This document shows positions 45,563 to 61,483 of a stretch of DNA of 64,000 nt, in pieces. The position numbers and the translations under genes are program-made. The notes below the pieces were generated by a model. That model had not been told where the DNA came from. It was given only the letters and a program-made list of their open reading frames with translations, and did not search any database. This DNA comes from the human T2T-CHM13v2.0 reference genome, Homo sapiens: the NCBI RefSeq assembly GCF_009914755.1, contig NC_060947.1; one strand, given 5' to 3'. Numbering within the stretch: position 1 is the stretch's first letter; each line of letters starts with the position of its first letter.

Positions 45563-46579
45563 AATTTTAAAACGTAATTAATAAAAGATCTTGCAAGTCT
45601 CTGAATTTTCTTACCTTCTTACTCATAGGATCAGGCAAATTTCAATCTCTTTGTGAAAATGCTAACATGTTGAGAATGAGCAAGGCAGAGCAGTGGGGTG
45701 GATAATTCTAATAATAAATCATGAACAAAAGTAAATGGTGATGGCTGTGATGGTGTGAAATAACCTGATGGTGGCATAGGCCTCTTGAAGGAATACTCTG
45801 GGAATCTCCCTTGTAACACTTTTAAGAGCAAATTTAAAAAATCGAGACTATTTATGCATTTTTGTTGTATTTAGAAAAGCATCATGTACTTAAATGGAAG
45901 AAAAAAAGTGAGGGATACTTCCAGTGTTGGATGGTTAAGTTTTTCTGAAGTCTATGTTTATTTTCAAAGTTATTTATGACAATGAAATAATATTTAATGC
46001 TACAGCTATCACAGTGCACTCATTTATTTTTTTCTAAATTGTGAAGAATACATGGTTAATAATAGGTTTCAGATAGGTATCTGGATTCATGTGAATGAAC
46101 TTAAAAAGACAGTTTTGATGATCATTCTGTTGAGGATAGAACTGTGGTATATGTGATCATGGGTTTTATTTTTCTCATGTGTAAAATGAGGTATATAATC
46201 TGAGTCTCAGGTGACTCCAAATTTTTACCATTCTTCACATATTGATATTATGTTCAAGAAATCAATAGGGATAAGGGGGAATTAAGGATAATAATTTGGT
46301 TCTACTTAATAACACACACTACTTGATTATTAACAACATTGCACGCAAGTGTTAATACAGCTCATTTGCTTTGGATGGAAGCTGTAATGTCTAAGATTCA
46401 AGCATACCTTCCTTTGGTGATGGCCTTCATTCATTCAACCAATATTTTTGTAGTGACTGTTGTGTGGGGATTGTGGTAGAATTAAAACTTTAAGGAAAAA
46501 CCTATTATAAAACTCCCTCACAAAAAATACGATAAATTGAAATTTAAACATTATTTAAGAAATTTTATTACTTGGCAGA

Positions 46580-46830
46580 TAATAAATGATACTTACTGAG
46601 TGCTACCACACCCAGGCACTATTCAATTCACTCTACAGTTATTAATTGACTTATATCATCCTCATAGTGTTCCTATGAAGTAAATGTCATTATTTCCCCC
46701 ACTTTACAGATGAGGAAACTGAGGTATAGAGAGAATAGGCAGTTTGATCAAGCTTTTAAGATTGGTGAATGGAAGAGTGTGATTTGACCCCAGAGCTCTA
46801 GTGCCTGCATGCTTAAACACTATATTGCAC
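46580..46830 (-). mobile_element. MIR (near full length)
   Basis: Contains ttactgagtgct...ctttacagatgaggaaactgagg...gatttgacccc. Confidence 0.85.
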
Positions 46831-47008
46831 AGCTTCTTCATTTAGATACATTGCAGAAACAGAGGAATCTAATTGTAGATGCATCTGGCTCAACTCCTTT
46901 GTGAACATAGTAGTAATGTAATCAGAAGACTTATATCCTCAGTTTTATTCTTTTATGGATTTTATATGGGACCAATGATAAACTTTCTTCATTTACCCCA
47001 GTCTCTTA

Positions 47009-48109
<1,101 letters not shown>

Positions 48110-49681
48110 TTATTATATCAGAATTATATTTTCATAAATTCAGATAACACTGTACAGTTATTGTTGAATACTATACTATGTATAAATGTCCACAAATCAA
48201 ATTTTAACTATTCAAGGGTGCTTTCCTTTCAAAATTAGCAGAAAGATTACGTTTTCAACAGTTAATTAAACCATTTTGAAATTACAAGAGATAATGTAGA
48301 ATTGTATCCAAAGTCTTATACATTTGTTCTGGCAATACCTTTATTCAGCAAGAGAGAAGAATTTATTCTCTGCAGATAACCGCTACTCACCCACAAACAG
48401 TCCAACATACAGCCCAGAGATGTAGGCTTCTCATTTTGGAAATACAAACTGTTTACAATGAGAGTATCTCTAAAAAAATTGTTTCTTAGGAGGAAAGATC
48501 GTTCTATCTTCCAGGAAAGGGAAACTCCAAGAAGTTTCTTTATTCTAAAAAATTAAGAAAGACCCTCAAACCTCAAAGCACATAAAGGAGACTTAGCAAA
48601 CAATATTCTGTAATATTTGCAGAAAAACATAAACACAGCATCTTTACTAATGTTTATTTTCCAAAAATATGGTAATAATAGACATTTATTGGGAACTTCC
48701 GGCATTGCAATGCAGAACACTTTTTTATAATGAATATAAACTCATTATATAGATGAAGAAGCTGAGTTGCAAAGAAGTCAAGTAGGAAACTCATTTAAAC
48801 CCTCTGGAGTCATGTCCTTCCACAGTGTTTTATATTTACTTTCTTGTAGATATTATGGCTATTCTAAATATTTGGATATTTGCTGCTCTAAAAGTCTTTT
48901 TCCTTAAAGAAAATTTTTCAAGTTGTATTTCTTTTTCACTTTAAAAGTTATTTTAAACTTAAAGGGAACTTTACAGCCCATTCTAGCTATGTTACTCTGT
49001 ATTATCATTTGCTTATATCAAACATTTTGCATGCTACTATGACTATAAATATATCATTTTAAACTTTAATTTGTGCAAATTTAAAATGATTGACTTTTAT
49101 TTTGCAGTTAGCAAATAAGCTCCCAGACTGACCAAAATGCTTTTAAGGGTCACATTTATGTTAAAAAATTATATGTATAAAATTCCCATTGGGAAAAGTT
49201 TGATTCCAGTATTCTTATGTAATAGCCAAGGGAGTGCCAGTTAAGTACAAATTTAATAGCTTTTCTAGGTAGGACTCCAGAATTAGTGCATGAAGGGAAC
49301 ATAGTTAATCTGTTTGAAGAGTTCATTAAATTAGGTTATATATGCTATTATGAAATATAGAGGAGCATAAAAGTATCCAGAGGAAAGCATAGAAACAATG
49401 CAAATTACTTAGAACCAAAAAGATTGATTTATGATGAATTATTAAAGATAAATGGATCTTAATAGTAAATGCTCTATAAACAGAGTATATGTCTAATGCC
49501 AAGATGCTAAGTTCAAAGAAGCTTTACCTAATAATTAATGAGGACTGGAAATACTCTAGCATTCTAGATATAGTTGCCCAATTAAATATGTTATAGAAAA
49601 TTATCTGAAAATGGGAAGCTAACTGAGCTCATCCAAAATTTAGATGATGACTTATTTCTTCCAGTTAGAAGATAGGGATGA

Positions 49682-49947
49682 GGCCGGGTGTGGTGGCTCA
49701 TGCCTGTAATCCCAGCACTTTGGGAGGCCGAGGCAGGCGGATCATGAGGTCAGGAGATTGAGACCATCCTGGCCAACATGGTGAAACCCCATTTCTACTA
49801 AAAATACAAAAATTAGCTGGGTGTGGTGGTGCACGCCTGTAGTCCCAGCTACTCTGGAGGCTGAGGCAGGAGAATGGCGTGAACCCAGGAGGCGGAGCTT
49901 GCAGTGAGCCAAGATCCATCTCAAAACAAAAAACAAAACAAAAAAAA
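49682..49947 (+). mobile_element. AluY/Sc-like with ~38-bp deletion in the right arm
   Basis: gtgagccaagat is joined directly to ccatctcaaaa; the tail is (A4-6C)n. Confidence 0.92.
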
Positions 49948-52583
49948 TTATGACTTGAATTTCAATTATGACTTGAAATTATCTTATGATAGTTTCTAAT
50001 AGGTGGTTTTCCTCATTTGTTTCAATTATAATTAAAAATAGTTTTATAATTATTATGACACTTGTAAAGATAGTAAAACTCTGTTTCAGAAAGCTTATCC
50101 ATTTGCTGAAGTTTGTATTGCTCTCTCATCTATTCCTTGAAGAACTTTAATATTGAAGGAAAACAATGACAACTTTTATGATAGGAAATTCCCCTGCTTA
50201 ACTAAACCAGCACATATTGGTCTCAAAAATTGAGATGACCTGAATCTTTGAATATAGTTTTTTTACACGTTGAGCATTGTATATAGTTAGAAAGGGCTAT
50301 AGAAACTGTTTCATGTTTAAATAATTATTTCTTTCCTTTTATAAATAATATAAAGAGTATATATCAGTTATGTATTCAGAGGAACACTTCCGAAAAACGA
50401 CTAAATAGATACTTGGCCATATTTTCTACAAAATTATCTAACATAGAATGAACATATTTATTCAATAAATGTATGCTGAAAAAAGCTACATCATAAGTAA
50501 AATGAACAATAAAAAAACTAATAATATTTTCCAGTTTTCTTGATAATGATTTACACTTGTTGAACTGTGATGTGTGATATACTTGTTGAACATGCTAAGG
50601 AATATTAAGCCATGCCCTAATTTTCATTATTTTACATTCATGCATTAACTTGAGCAAGACCCTAAGATTTATTTATAGGTGCCAGTTCAGAAAGTTTTTC
50701 TTGCTGTGAAATCCTAGACCTGATGTTTTAACATATATATGGACTTTGAAACCATGTTCATTTAATGCCTATGACCAATAGTTTTAATGAATGCCTAACA
50801 ACTTACTTAAACCAAACAAATAATTAGTGTCAATTACAGAAGTGTAAATTTGACTCTAATTAATGAATGTGCCAGACTCTACGCATTGGTTTAAGTGTAA
50901 TTGATCTTAGGGCCACTGAGATCACTTTAAGGGTTGGAAAAATGACAACAAGTAGGAAGTGACTCAGATGTAAGAATGCTCACTCCTAGAAAGATTAATT
51001 GGTGTATTAGTGATAAACTAGTGGGTGGCTGATGTAATAATGATATCCCTATATTAAGATGCCTCAAAATAGGATCACCAACTCTAAAGCTTGTAAGTTT
51101 ATACAATTACTATGTCAAATATACTCTTTTAAAAGAATATCTGTCACGTTCATTTGTCCTTTTTTCATTTTGATTTTTTTTCTTTTTCATCATTATAAAA
51201 AAAACATCCTAAGGGAAGCATACTGATGTTTTACTTTATGCTTTGAAATGTTCTCACTGAACTGTGTTGGTAGGCCTGGGTGTGGTAAATTAAGTGGCTT
51301 GTATTAAAAAGACAATGATTGCTAGCTAGTATTTTTCCATTTTCTTTGCTGTCAGCAAAGTCTGCTTTTGTTGCCATGATAACTTCTCCCCACTTTGATG
51401 GTGAAATCTGGAAGGACAAAAAAGAAGGGCATTTCTATTGTGCTATTACATTTCTTCTCTTTTGAAGAACTTCTAATACTTTGAATGATGGGTTAAAAAG
51501 CCGAGATGATGTGATGAAGCTGAATGGTGGGCAAAAGCTAAATTATGGCATATTCATTTTTTTATCAGTGCGTGAAAGGTCACTGGCTGAGGGAGAGACA
51601 GGCAAAGTCCTAGATCAAGAGAGTGAGAGGTGGCTGCTAAGTGGGGAGTTGAGAAGATCAGAATACTACGGAGTCTTTGTCCTTTTTCTGACTATTCCCT
51701 GCCTATGTTTTTTCCCTCCCTTCTTTCTCCCCTACCTCCTAACCCCAGACAACTGTCCTAATGAAAAGATTTTTAAGAAAGATGTCAAAGAAAATAGAGT
51801 TTTTAAAGAAAGATGTCAAAGGAAATTGTTGAATGAGGCACAGGGGCAGCATGAGACCAGAGTGGAGGAAAGTGATAAAGGCACTTTTTAGAAGTTAAGC
51901 CCAGAAAACTGGGGCAAGAATCAAAGCGACGCTACAGGCAGGGATGAGGTAACCAGGGTCCTGAAGATAATCATAAGGAGCTGGAGTCTGAGGCAGGAAA
52001 AAAGGCAAGTCTGGTTAAGAGGTTTAAGGCAGAGGATGACCTACTTAGAAAAAGATCTTTTCAACAGCCAGACTTCGGACTAGAGGGGAAGTAGGTCAAG
52101 AGGCCTGAGAGTAGGTTACATTCGTCTGAGAGGAAGTTGTTTTGACTAAACAAGAAGTTGTAATTATACCAAATTATGAGATCGTTAAATTAAGTAGTCA
52201 TGTGCAATAACATTTCCTCCTTAAATATTTTTAAACATTTTTTTAGCAGAGTTGTTCATCATACATCAAATTTTAATTTGCATTATGTTGTGTAGTACAA
52301 CTTCATTTAGACTACTTCAGTGGAAGAACAATCGAAATTTACGAACATTCTGAAAGAGTTGGAATTTTGCTTCTTGTCCGTATATAAATAGGATCAAGTT
52401 AACCTTTCATACTGTGTGAACTCCTTTGTCTTATTTCTTCGAGGGCTTTTTAAAAGATAAGAATAATGAACGTGAAAGGGATTTTATAAAAACATGATTA
52501 ATTCAGGTAATTGAAATAGTTTGATATCCTAAGTAGTTTAAGCATTCTTTCTGCTACCTCATTTGGATTAATAGTTTGTTTCA

Positions 52584-52848
<265 letters not shown>

Positions 52849-52874
52849 TTAATAATTTGTTTCAAAATACAGCA

Positions 52875-53170
52875 GGATGGTATAGTGTTAAACACATAAA
52901 TTCTAGAGGCAGATTACCTGGATTAATTCCTAGCTCTATGATTTTCTACCCGTGTGAGGATATTGGATCTTAATGTTTATATGTCAGTTCTCTCACCTGT
53001 AAAATGGGCTAATAGTAGTGACTATTTCATAGAGTGGTTGTAACAATTTATTATACAGGTGTGTGTGTGTGTGTATATAATATATACAGGTGCACACACA
53101 GTTATATATATATATACATACTTAGGACAGTAACAGAAACAGAGAAAATGCTTATCAAATATTTATGATT
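52875..53170 (+). mobile_element. MIR with internal (TG)/(TA) repeats
   Basis: Contains tcagttctctcacctgtaaaatggg and acctggattaattcctagctct. Confidence 0.75.
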
Positions 53171-53269
53171 ATTATGAGCAATGTTAACAGTAATTATATG
53201 TATCCTAAAATACTTCTAAAATAGTAATGATACTATTAATCCAATCCTAATTTTAATACTAATCTTAAC

Positions 53270-54800
53270 AATATTTTTGTATACCATCCCCCAGCTCCTC
53301 CTGCCATTTCTTTTCTCCCCTTTATAGTAAAACTCAGAAGAGTTGCCTGTGCTTGCTCTCTTCTCATTTCTCTTAGACCTCTTCCAGTCTGGGTTTTGGA
53401 GCCACCACTCCAACTAAACTATTCCTACCAAGGTCCCGAATGTCCTCCACATTGCTGAATTAGACCCAATTCTCAATCCTTAAGGCAGATAGTTGACCTA
53501 TCAGCAACAATTTATCACCTACTTCTTTGATGATGTACTGTCTTCACTTGTCTTTCAGAATTGACTCTTGGTATACCTTCAGATTTAGTTGGTCTTTCTC
53601 AGCCTTCTTTCTGATTTTGTCGACTCTCGTAGACTTCTCGATGATGGAAGAAGCCAGTCTCATTCCTTGGTCCTCTTCTCAATTCACTTCCTTAGTCATT
53701 TCACCTAGTACTGTGGTTTTAAATATCATTTGATTGTTGACAATTTTGACTAATTTATTTTCTGTTTCCAGCTCCTCTCCCAAATTCCAGATTCGTACAT
53801 CTAACTCCTTACTCAAGATTTTCACTGAAAGCACTTATAGACACTTAAAATTTAATATGTCCAAAGGCTATAGAGCCAATATCCTCCTCAGAACTGGTTC
53901 CACAAACACCCATTCCCATATCAGTTGCTATAGTTCCCTGTGTCTGGTTATTCAGAACAAATTTCTTTGAGTCATCCTTCACTCCTCTCATTTTGTTATA
54001 CTCCACATCAAACAGTTCTCACTTTCTGTTGGCTTGACCTTCACAAGAGATCCAGATGGTGACCATTTCTTACCACCTCTGCTGCTACAACCCTACTTTA
54101 AGTCACTATCATTTCTCTCCTGAATTTATGTGATGACATCTGGTCTGCCTGCTTCTGCTCTTCCCCTCTTCAAATCTATTCTCAACACAGAAGTCAAATG
54201 TCAGTAAAATCCTGTCAGTCCTCACCTTGAAACCCTGCAGTGAAACCACAATTCATTCATTACAAATGAAAAGTGTTTACAATGGCTTCCATGGATTTAT
54301 ATAGTGGCCCCCATTATTTCTTCTTATGTCATCTACTCCTATTTTCCCTGTAATTTGTGTTACTCTAGCCACAGTGACACCTCACTGTTTCTGAAACATG
54401 CTAGACATGTGCCTACCTTAAGGATTTGCATTTGCTGTTCCCTCTGCCTAAAACCATTTTCCCATATATAATCCCACAATTCCTTTACTTCTTTTAGGTC
54501 TTTACCAAAGTGTCATTTTTTTTTTTTTTTAATGTGGCTCTTCCTCTAGTTTTAAAACTATAACTCTCTAACTCCTGACTGTCACCTCTGGCATTTCCCA
54601 TTTCTCCTACCCTCCTCTAGAGCTTAGTATATGTTCCAACATCATGTACCATTTACTTATTTGTTATGCCTGTTATTTATCAGTCTTCTACTAGAAAGTA
54701 AGCTCCATATGGGCAGGGAACATTTTTCATTTACTGGTTGGATCAGTACCTATTATTTTGTAGGCACTCAATAAATACATGTCAAATGAATGAGTGAATG
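53270..54800 (+). mobile_element. L2, ~1.5 kb of the 3' part
   Basis: Pyrimidine-rich L2 body ending in taggcactcaataaatacatgtcaaatgaatgagtgaatga. Confidence 0.8.
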
Positions 54801-55170
54801 AGTATTCTGTTGTTTTTTCCTCTCCCCTACAAATATTATGTTGAAAAGGGTTTTCCTCAAATGCAGATCTTATGCAAGATACCTGCATGATATAGGCAGT
54901 GAACATCATCTGCTACTTTCGTTTGCTAATACAACAGGCAAGCTCAACGTGAAAATTACTTACTGTGGCATCCAGTGTTGCTCTCCACATCTGGAATGTG
55001 TTTCCTTAATCTTATGAAACATTACTTTCCTATCAAGTTCTGTACCACCTATGAAGTTTTTCTTCTCTGGACATTCTTGCCAACTGTGATTTCCAATTCT
55101 TTAGAATTGGTATAGCACTTATTTTTCTTACTATACAATTTAGCCAATACATTTTATATTAAGTTTCATT

Positions 55171-55407
55171 GTTTTGTCTCTTCAACTAGCTTGCCAAGTC
55201 TTGAAGGGCAGAAATCACATACTATGCCTTCTGGTAAAGCAATGTACATGTTCACACTCCAATCTATAGAGTATTTTTTTTTTAAATCTTCAAAATAGGT
55301 TTTGTCTCTTCAACTAGCTTGCCAAGTCTTGAAGGGCAGAAAGCACATATTATGCTTTCTGGTAATGCAATGTACGTGTTCACGCTCCAATCTATAGAAT
55401 ATTTTTC
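55171..55407. repeat. Local tandem duplication, period 128 bp
   Basis: gttttgtctcttcaactagcttgccaag... at 55171 and 55299; I count 7 substitutions over ~108 bp. Confidence 0.95.
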
Positions 55408-55462
55408 AGAAAAAAATTTAAAAATAATTTTCCAGGAAGATTCCTCAGAATCTTAGTGGTAA

Positions 55463-55760
55463 CCCAGGAGCAGTGGTTCATGCCTGTAATCCCAGAGCTT
55501 TGGGAGGCCGAGGTGGAAGGATTGCTTGAGGCCCGGAGTTCAAGCCCAGCCTGGGTGACATAGCAAGACCCCATGTCTTAAAAAAAAATTAGCTGGGTGT
55601 AGTGACACACAACCGTAGTCCTAGCTGCTTGGGAGCCTGAGGCAGGAAGATTGCTTGAGCCCAAGGATTCGAGGCTGTTGAGCTATGATCATGCCACTGC
55701 ATTCCAGACTGGACAGCAGGGCAATACCCTGTCTCCAAAAGTATAAAATTAAAAAAAAAA
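55463..55760 (+). mobile_element. AluJ
   Basis: Contains ggattgcttgagg and gagctatgatcatgcc, with TSD agaatcttagtggtaa / agaatcttagggataa. Confidence 0.92.
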
Positions 55761-56117
55761 TTAGAATCTTAGGGATAAATTGCTTAAAAACAAGATAAAG
55801 TTTCAAACAAATACCTAATATACAACTGTCTTCAAAAGACATTTTTTAGTATTAATGATTTAAAGTATTTTCCCTTTCATATTTCCTTCCTTATGGGTAA
55901 GGAATGTGGAATGTCAAGCCATTTTTCATGGGTTTTATAAATACTACCTATTGATTATTCATGAAATAATATGTCCTTTTATGCTTTGTTGTTAAATTCA
56001 AGATATTATATAGCAATAAAACATTTAAGTATTTGCTGAATCAAATGACCAAACTGGAAAGAAGTGATGGTCAATTAGAATGTATACAATCCTTGTTCAT
56101 TAAAATGATGGCTCACA

Positions 56118-56408
<291 letters not shown>

Positions 56409-57012
56409 AAAATGATGGCTCATAGATGATATTCATGAAAAGGTTCTCTCTTGCCTTACAAAACTCTTCTACTTATCTGTTAATGTATACAGTTAATTTT
56501 CTACAATTGCATAAATACATGCACATTAAACATTAAAATGACTTAGTTTATGTTCCAAACTTACAAAGCCAAATAAAGTCAGTGGTAATGACAGACCTTT
56601 AACTCTCCCCATTGTTCTTAATGGCAACCATTGCTACTAAGACAGCCTGTGCAATTATTCAGTATCTCAGGAGTACAAACCATATGCTGGATAAAAAAGT
56701 AGGCAAAATAAGCTTGATGTATTAACACTAGGAGACTGCAGGTTGTATTTTGTTTCATAGATTTGAGAGAATATTTTTATTTTGTTTTTCACTATTTTTT
56801 TTCCTTCAGGAGTGTGTTGCATGTTTATTGTCTTGTGTTATATATGCAACAGTAGATTTTCTTAACTCTGTTTTTATAAAATGTCATGGATTCTTTCATT
56901 CCATTAACTTCTTTGAATGTTATGAAAAATGAGTGTTATGAATAGCTTAGGAGACTTGAGTGTTTGGAGAAACTGAGGAGACTTGGAGGGGCTGCTCAGC
57001 CCTGAATATTTC

Positions 57013-57561
<549 letters not shown>

Positions 57562-58269
57562 TAAATATTAAGAGAGCAAACAATAGAAAAGTAATAATCA
57601 ACAAACTTGATTTCTTACAAGAAGGCTTATATGCCAATGTTTTAAAGTTTTAACATTTTAATATAGAGATTTTACATGGTTTATGTTATTTCCTTTTTAG
57701 TATATCTTTTTAACTTCTTAAAGACACAACAAATATGGAATATTAAACTTGGATAAACAACTCTTTCATTATAAAACAATTCATCCAACAAAACTGTATC
57801 AAATGCCTCCTCAGTGCTAAGCGTTCTGCTAGTCATTGGTGATACAAGTTGAATGAGGCAACCAATGACCGAGGCTTCTTACTGTTCACATTCAAGTGGA
57901 AGTGTGAGAAAATAAAAAATATGTAATGTAGAAAAGAAGGAAGGAAGGAAGGAAAGAGTCAGGGAGGGAGGGAAGGAAAAAAAAAGGGGAAAAAAGAAGG
58001 GAAATAATTATCCATTCAGATAATTGCTAAAGCAGAAGTACACAGGTACAGTGAATAGCAATTTGCAGCCAGAAAATCACTATTATATACATTTCTTTGC
58101 ATGTTTCCAAATAAATAACTCTTCCAAATATCTAATCTCTTTTTTTAAAAAAAAAAAATCTTAGAACATTATTGAAAACTAGTTTATGGGAACTAGAATT
58201 GTCCTACAGGACAGAAAAATTTGGCCCAAGCAGCCCAGTTTTAGAAATCTACTTCATGTTAACATTATT

Positions 58270-58730
58270 TTACTTAGCTGACAAATATTTACTAAATGCT
58301 TATTATGGGCCATGCACTGATTTTGGTGATATAGCAGAGAACAAAAATAAGTCCCTGACCTCATGTATCTTATAAGAAGTAGGTGATGATTGTAATAGAT
58401 CAGTGGATGATAAGCACTCTGGACAAAAATTAAAACTGGGGGAGAGTTATGTGGTGTCTGGGTGGAAGATGTTGGAGTTCTCTAGGGTGGCAAAAGAAGA
58501 CCTCACTGAGAAGCAGTCATTTCAACTAAATGCTGGAAAAGGTGAGGGGGTGAGTTATGTGTGTATTAGATCTAGAGAAATGCAGGTGCAAAGGCCATAA
58601 GGCAGGCACCATACTGGTTCAAGGAAAACCAAGAAGGCTTGTGCGGCTGCAGTAGGGTAAGAAAGAGGGAGGTTAGTGCAAGATGGAGTTAGAAAGATAA
58701 TGTTGTTAGGAGTGCTTTTTAAGGGTTTTG
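58270..58730 (-). mobile_element. L2 fragment
   Basis: Contains caaatatttactaaatgcttatta...aagaagacctcactgagaag...gtgcaaaggcc. Confidence 0.7.
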
Positions 58731-58869
58731 GAGCCAAGAATTAAACAAAAATCTGCTTGATGGCAGGAGGCAGCAGATGACATCTGTTTGCTACTGTCCT
58801 TCCATGTGGGTTGTATCATTCCTAGGTAATTGTTCTCATTTCTGACCAGGAGTGTTAGTCTTTTCTAAT

Positions 58870-60025
58870 TAGCATCCTAATTATTTTCTCCAACTCATCT
58901 TCTACTTGGCTGTCTAAGTGATCTTTCCATAATGCATGTCCCATCTTGTAGTCTCAATTTAATACCCTTTGGTGACACTCCATTAGCTTTGCAAAAAGAC
59001 AAAGGTCTTAAATGGTGTTCAAGGCCCTTCATAATTTGATGTCTCCAAGATACCTACACAGCATTCCTCCTCTGGGTCTTGACACTTGTAGTTCCCTCTA
59101 CCTGGAATGTTCTTTTCCCATTTCTTCCCATGACAGCTTTCTTTTAATCTTTTAAATTCCTATTTGAATGCCACCTTCACTGAAAGACATTCCTTTCCTG
59201 ACCACTCTTTCTAAAGCAGGTGACACGGAGTCTATATTTTCCATCATTATCATGCTGTAATTTTCCTCCTTACCACAATTAGAAATTATATATTTTGCTT
59301 TACTCTTTTGATGTCTGTCTGTCTCAGTAGTATGACGCTTCATGAAGGCAGTGATCTCGCTGTCTTTACACTTCTGTACCAACAATAAAAGCTAACACAT
59401 ATTTAATGCTTGTTATTTCCCAGGCACTATTCCCAGCACGTTGCATCCACTAACTCATTTAATACTTAACCATACGAGGAAGATACCATTTATTAATCTA
59501 GACTAGGCTATCAAGGCACAGAGAGACTAAGTGCCTGGACTCCAATTCCATGGCTAATAGAGTAGAAGAGACAGGATTTTAATTCACACAATCTGCCTCC
59601 ATGAAATCAATGTACACTCTGTGCATTAGACAAATTTGATTATTTATTTTAGGTACCTTATACTTTCTATAAGCTGAGGCTTTCAGTAGTGCTTCCTCTG
59701 CCAGGAATGCTTATATCTTCTTTTCCCTGGCCATATGCTATCTCTCTTTCTAGTTTTCATCCACTCTTCATCTCCTTTCCAAGGCTTTTATGATATCCCC
59801 CTCCTTCCCTGCCCAGACTAAATAGAAGCTTCTCTTTGCCTAACCTCTTTGCTTCCATATGATAGTTTAGCAATTATTATGCTATATTTTAATTATTAAT
59901 TTTCTTATATCCCCTAGACACTGAACTCCCAAGATGGGGACAGTGTCTTTTTTTTTTAATTCCCAGTGCTCATTATAGTTTATGGCATAAAAAGTTGGTG
60001 CTCAATAATGTTTGGTTAAATGAAT
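58870..60025 (+). mobile_element. L2 fragments with an intervening MIR (59385-59620, minus strand)
   Basis: L2 motifs cctggaatgttctt and gtgctcaataatgtttggttaaatgaatg; MIR motifs cccaggcactatt...ctcatttaat. Confidence 0.6.
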
Positions 60026-60467
60026 GTGTGACACAGAACATTTCAACAGCATACTCATTAATATCGTAGAAATCTTACCTGGTTCAAAAAATACTAAGAC
60101 ATCTGTCCAAGTAGAAATCATAAATCCAATAAACCCAGGATAATAGTTTTGAAGGAAGAGAGATGTAGGTTTAGAAATTGTCAACAGCCTTATGTCACTG
60201 AAGAGAAGAATAAGAAAGCTGCTGTCTCAACCACTGAATTTAAACTAAGCTGCTTTAGACAAAGAAACTAATTTTAAGTGAGAATGAGGAAGGACAATGA
60301 GCAGAAGTTAGAATTAGCAGAAGGATTGGAGATAGGGTTTGACTTTGTGTATATCTGAATCTTTCACTAATAGGCAAAATTTATAAATCATTAATATCTC
60401 TGATATGAGCCATATTTTGTTCCTTGAAGCAATTTTCTTTTTTTAACCCTATAATGTCATAAATTTA

Positions 60468-61483
60468 TTTTTTTTCCTTCCAACTTTTCTTTTAGGTTCA
60501 GGTGGTACATGTGCAGGTTTGTTGTGTGGGTAAATTGTGTGTTGCTGGATTTTGGTGTAAAAATGATTTGTCACCCAGGTAGTGAGCTTATTACCCTATA
60601 GGTAGTTTTTCAATCCTCACCCTCCACCCTCAACTAGGCCCCAGTGTCTATTGTCCCTCTCTTTGTGTCCATGTGTACTCAATGTTTAGCTCCCAGTTAT
60701 AAGAACATGTATAATATTTGGTTTACTGTTGCTGTGTTAATTTGCTTAGGATAATGGCCTCCAGCTGCATCCATGTTGCTACAAGGATTTGATTTCAATC
60801 TTTTTATGGCTGTGTGGCGTTTCATGGTGTATATGTACCACATTTTCTTTATCTAGTCCACCATTGATGGACATCTAGATTGATTCCACGTCTTTGCTAT
60901 TGTAAATGGTATTGCAGTTAACATATGAGTGCGTGTGTGTTTGCACACACATTGGTCTGTCGTCCACAATGATGGACTACATACCGTCGTTTGATTGAAC
61001 AATGTTTTTTTTCTTTTGGATACACATACAGTAATGAGATTGCTGGGCTGAATGATAGCTCTGAGTTTTTTTGAGAAATCACCAAACTGCTTTCCACAGT
61101 GGCTGAACTTATTTACATTCCTATCAGTAGTGTTTAAGCATTCCCTTTTCTCCACATCCTCAACAATATCTGTTATTTTTTTACTTTTTGGTAATAGTCA
61201 TTCTGATGGGTGTGAGATGTTATTTCATTGTGGTTTGGATTTTGCATTTCTCTAATGGTTAGTGATGTTGAGCATTTTTTCATATGCTTGTTGGCCATAT
61301 GTATGTCTTTTTTTGAGAAGTGTCTGTTCATATCCTTTGCCCATTTTTCACTGAGGTTGTTTGATTTTTGCTTGTTGATTTGTTTAAATTCCTTATAGAT
61401 TCTAGATATTAGACCTTTGTCAGATGGATAGTTTGCAAATATTTTCTGCCATTCTGTAGGGTGTCTGTTTACTCTGTTTATAG
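60468..61483 (-). mobile_element. 5'-truncated L1PA15/16 or L1PB-like element
   Basis: T-rich end, ggttcaggtggtacatgtgcaggtttg, and the ORF2 C-terminal peptide FTIAKTWNQSRCPSMVD. Confidence 0.9.

Noticed and set aside
51481-51891. 136-aa ORF in non-repeat DNA
   Set aside because: It has a non-ATG (ttg) start, no recognisable domain or exon structure, and includes a local duplication. The length is compatible with chance.
55171-55407. Repeat-spacer arrangement as a CRISPR-like array
   Set aside because: There are only two long copies, no cas genes, and the context is primate.
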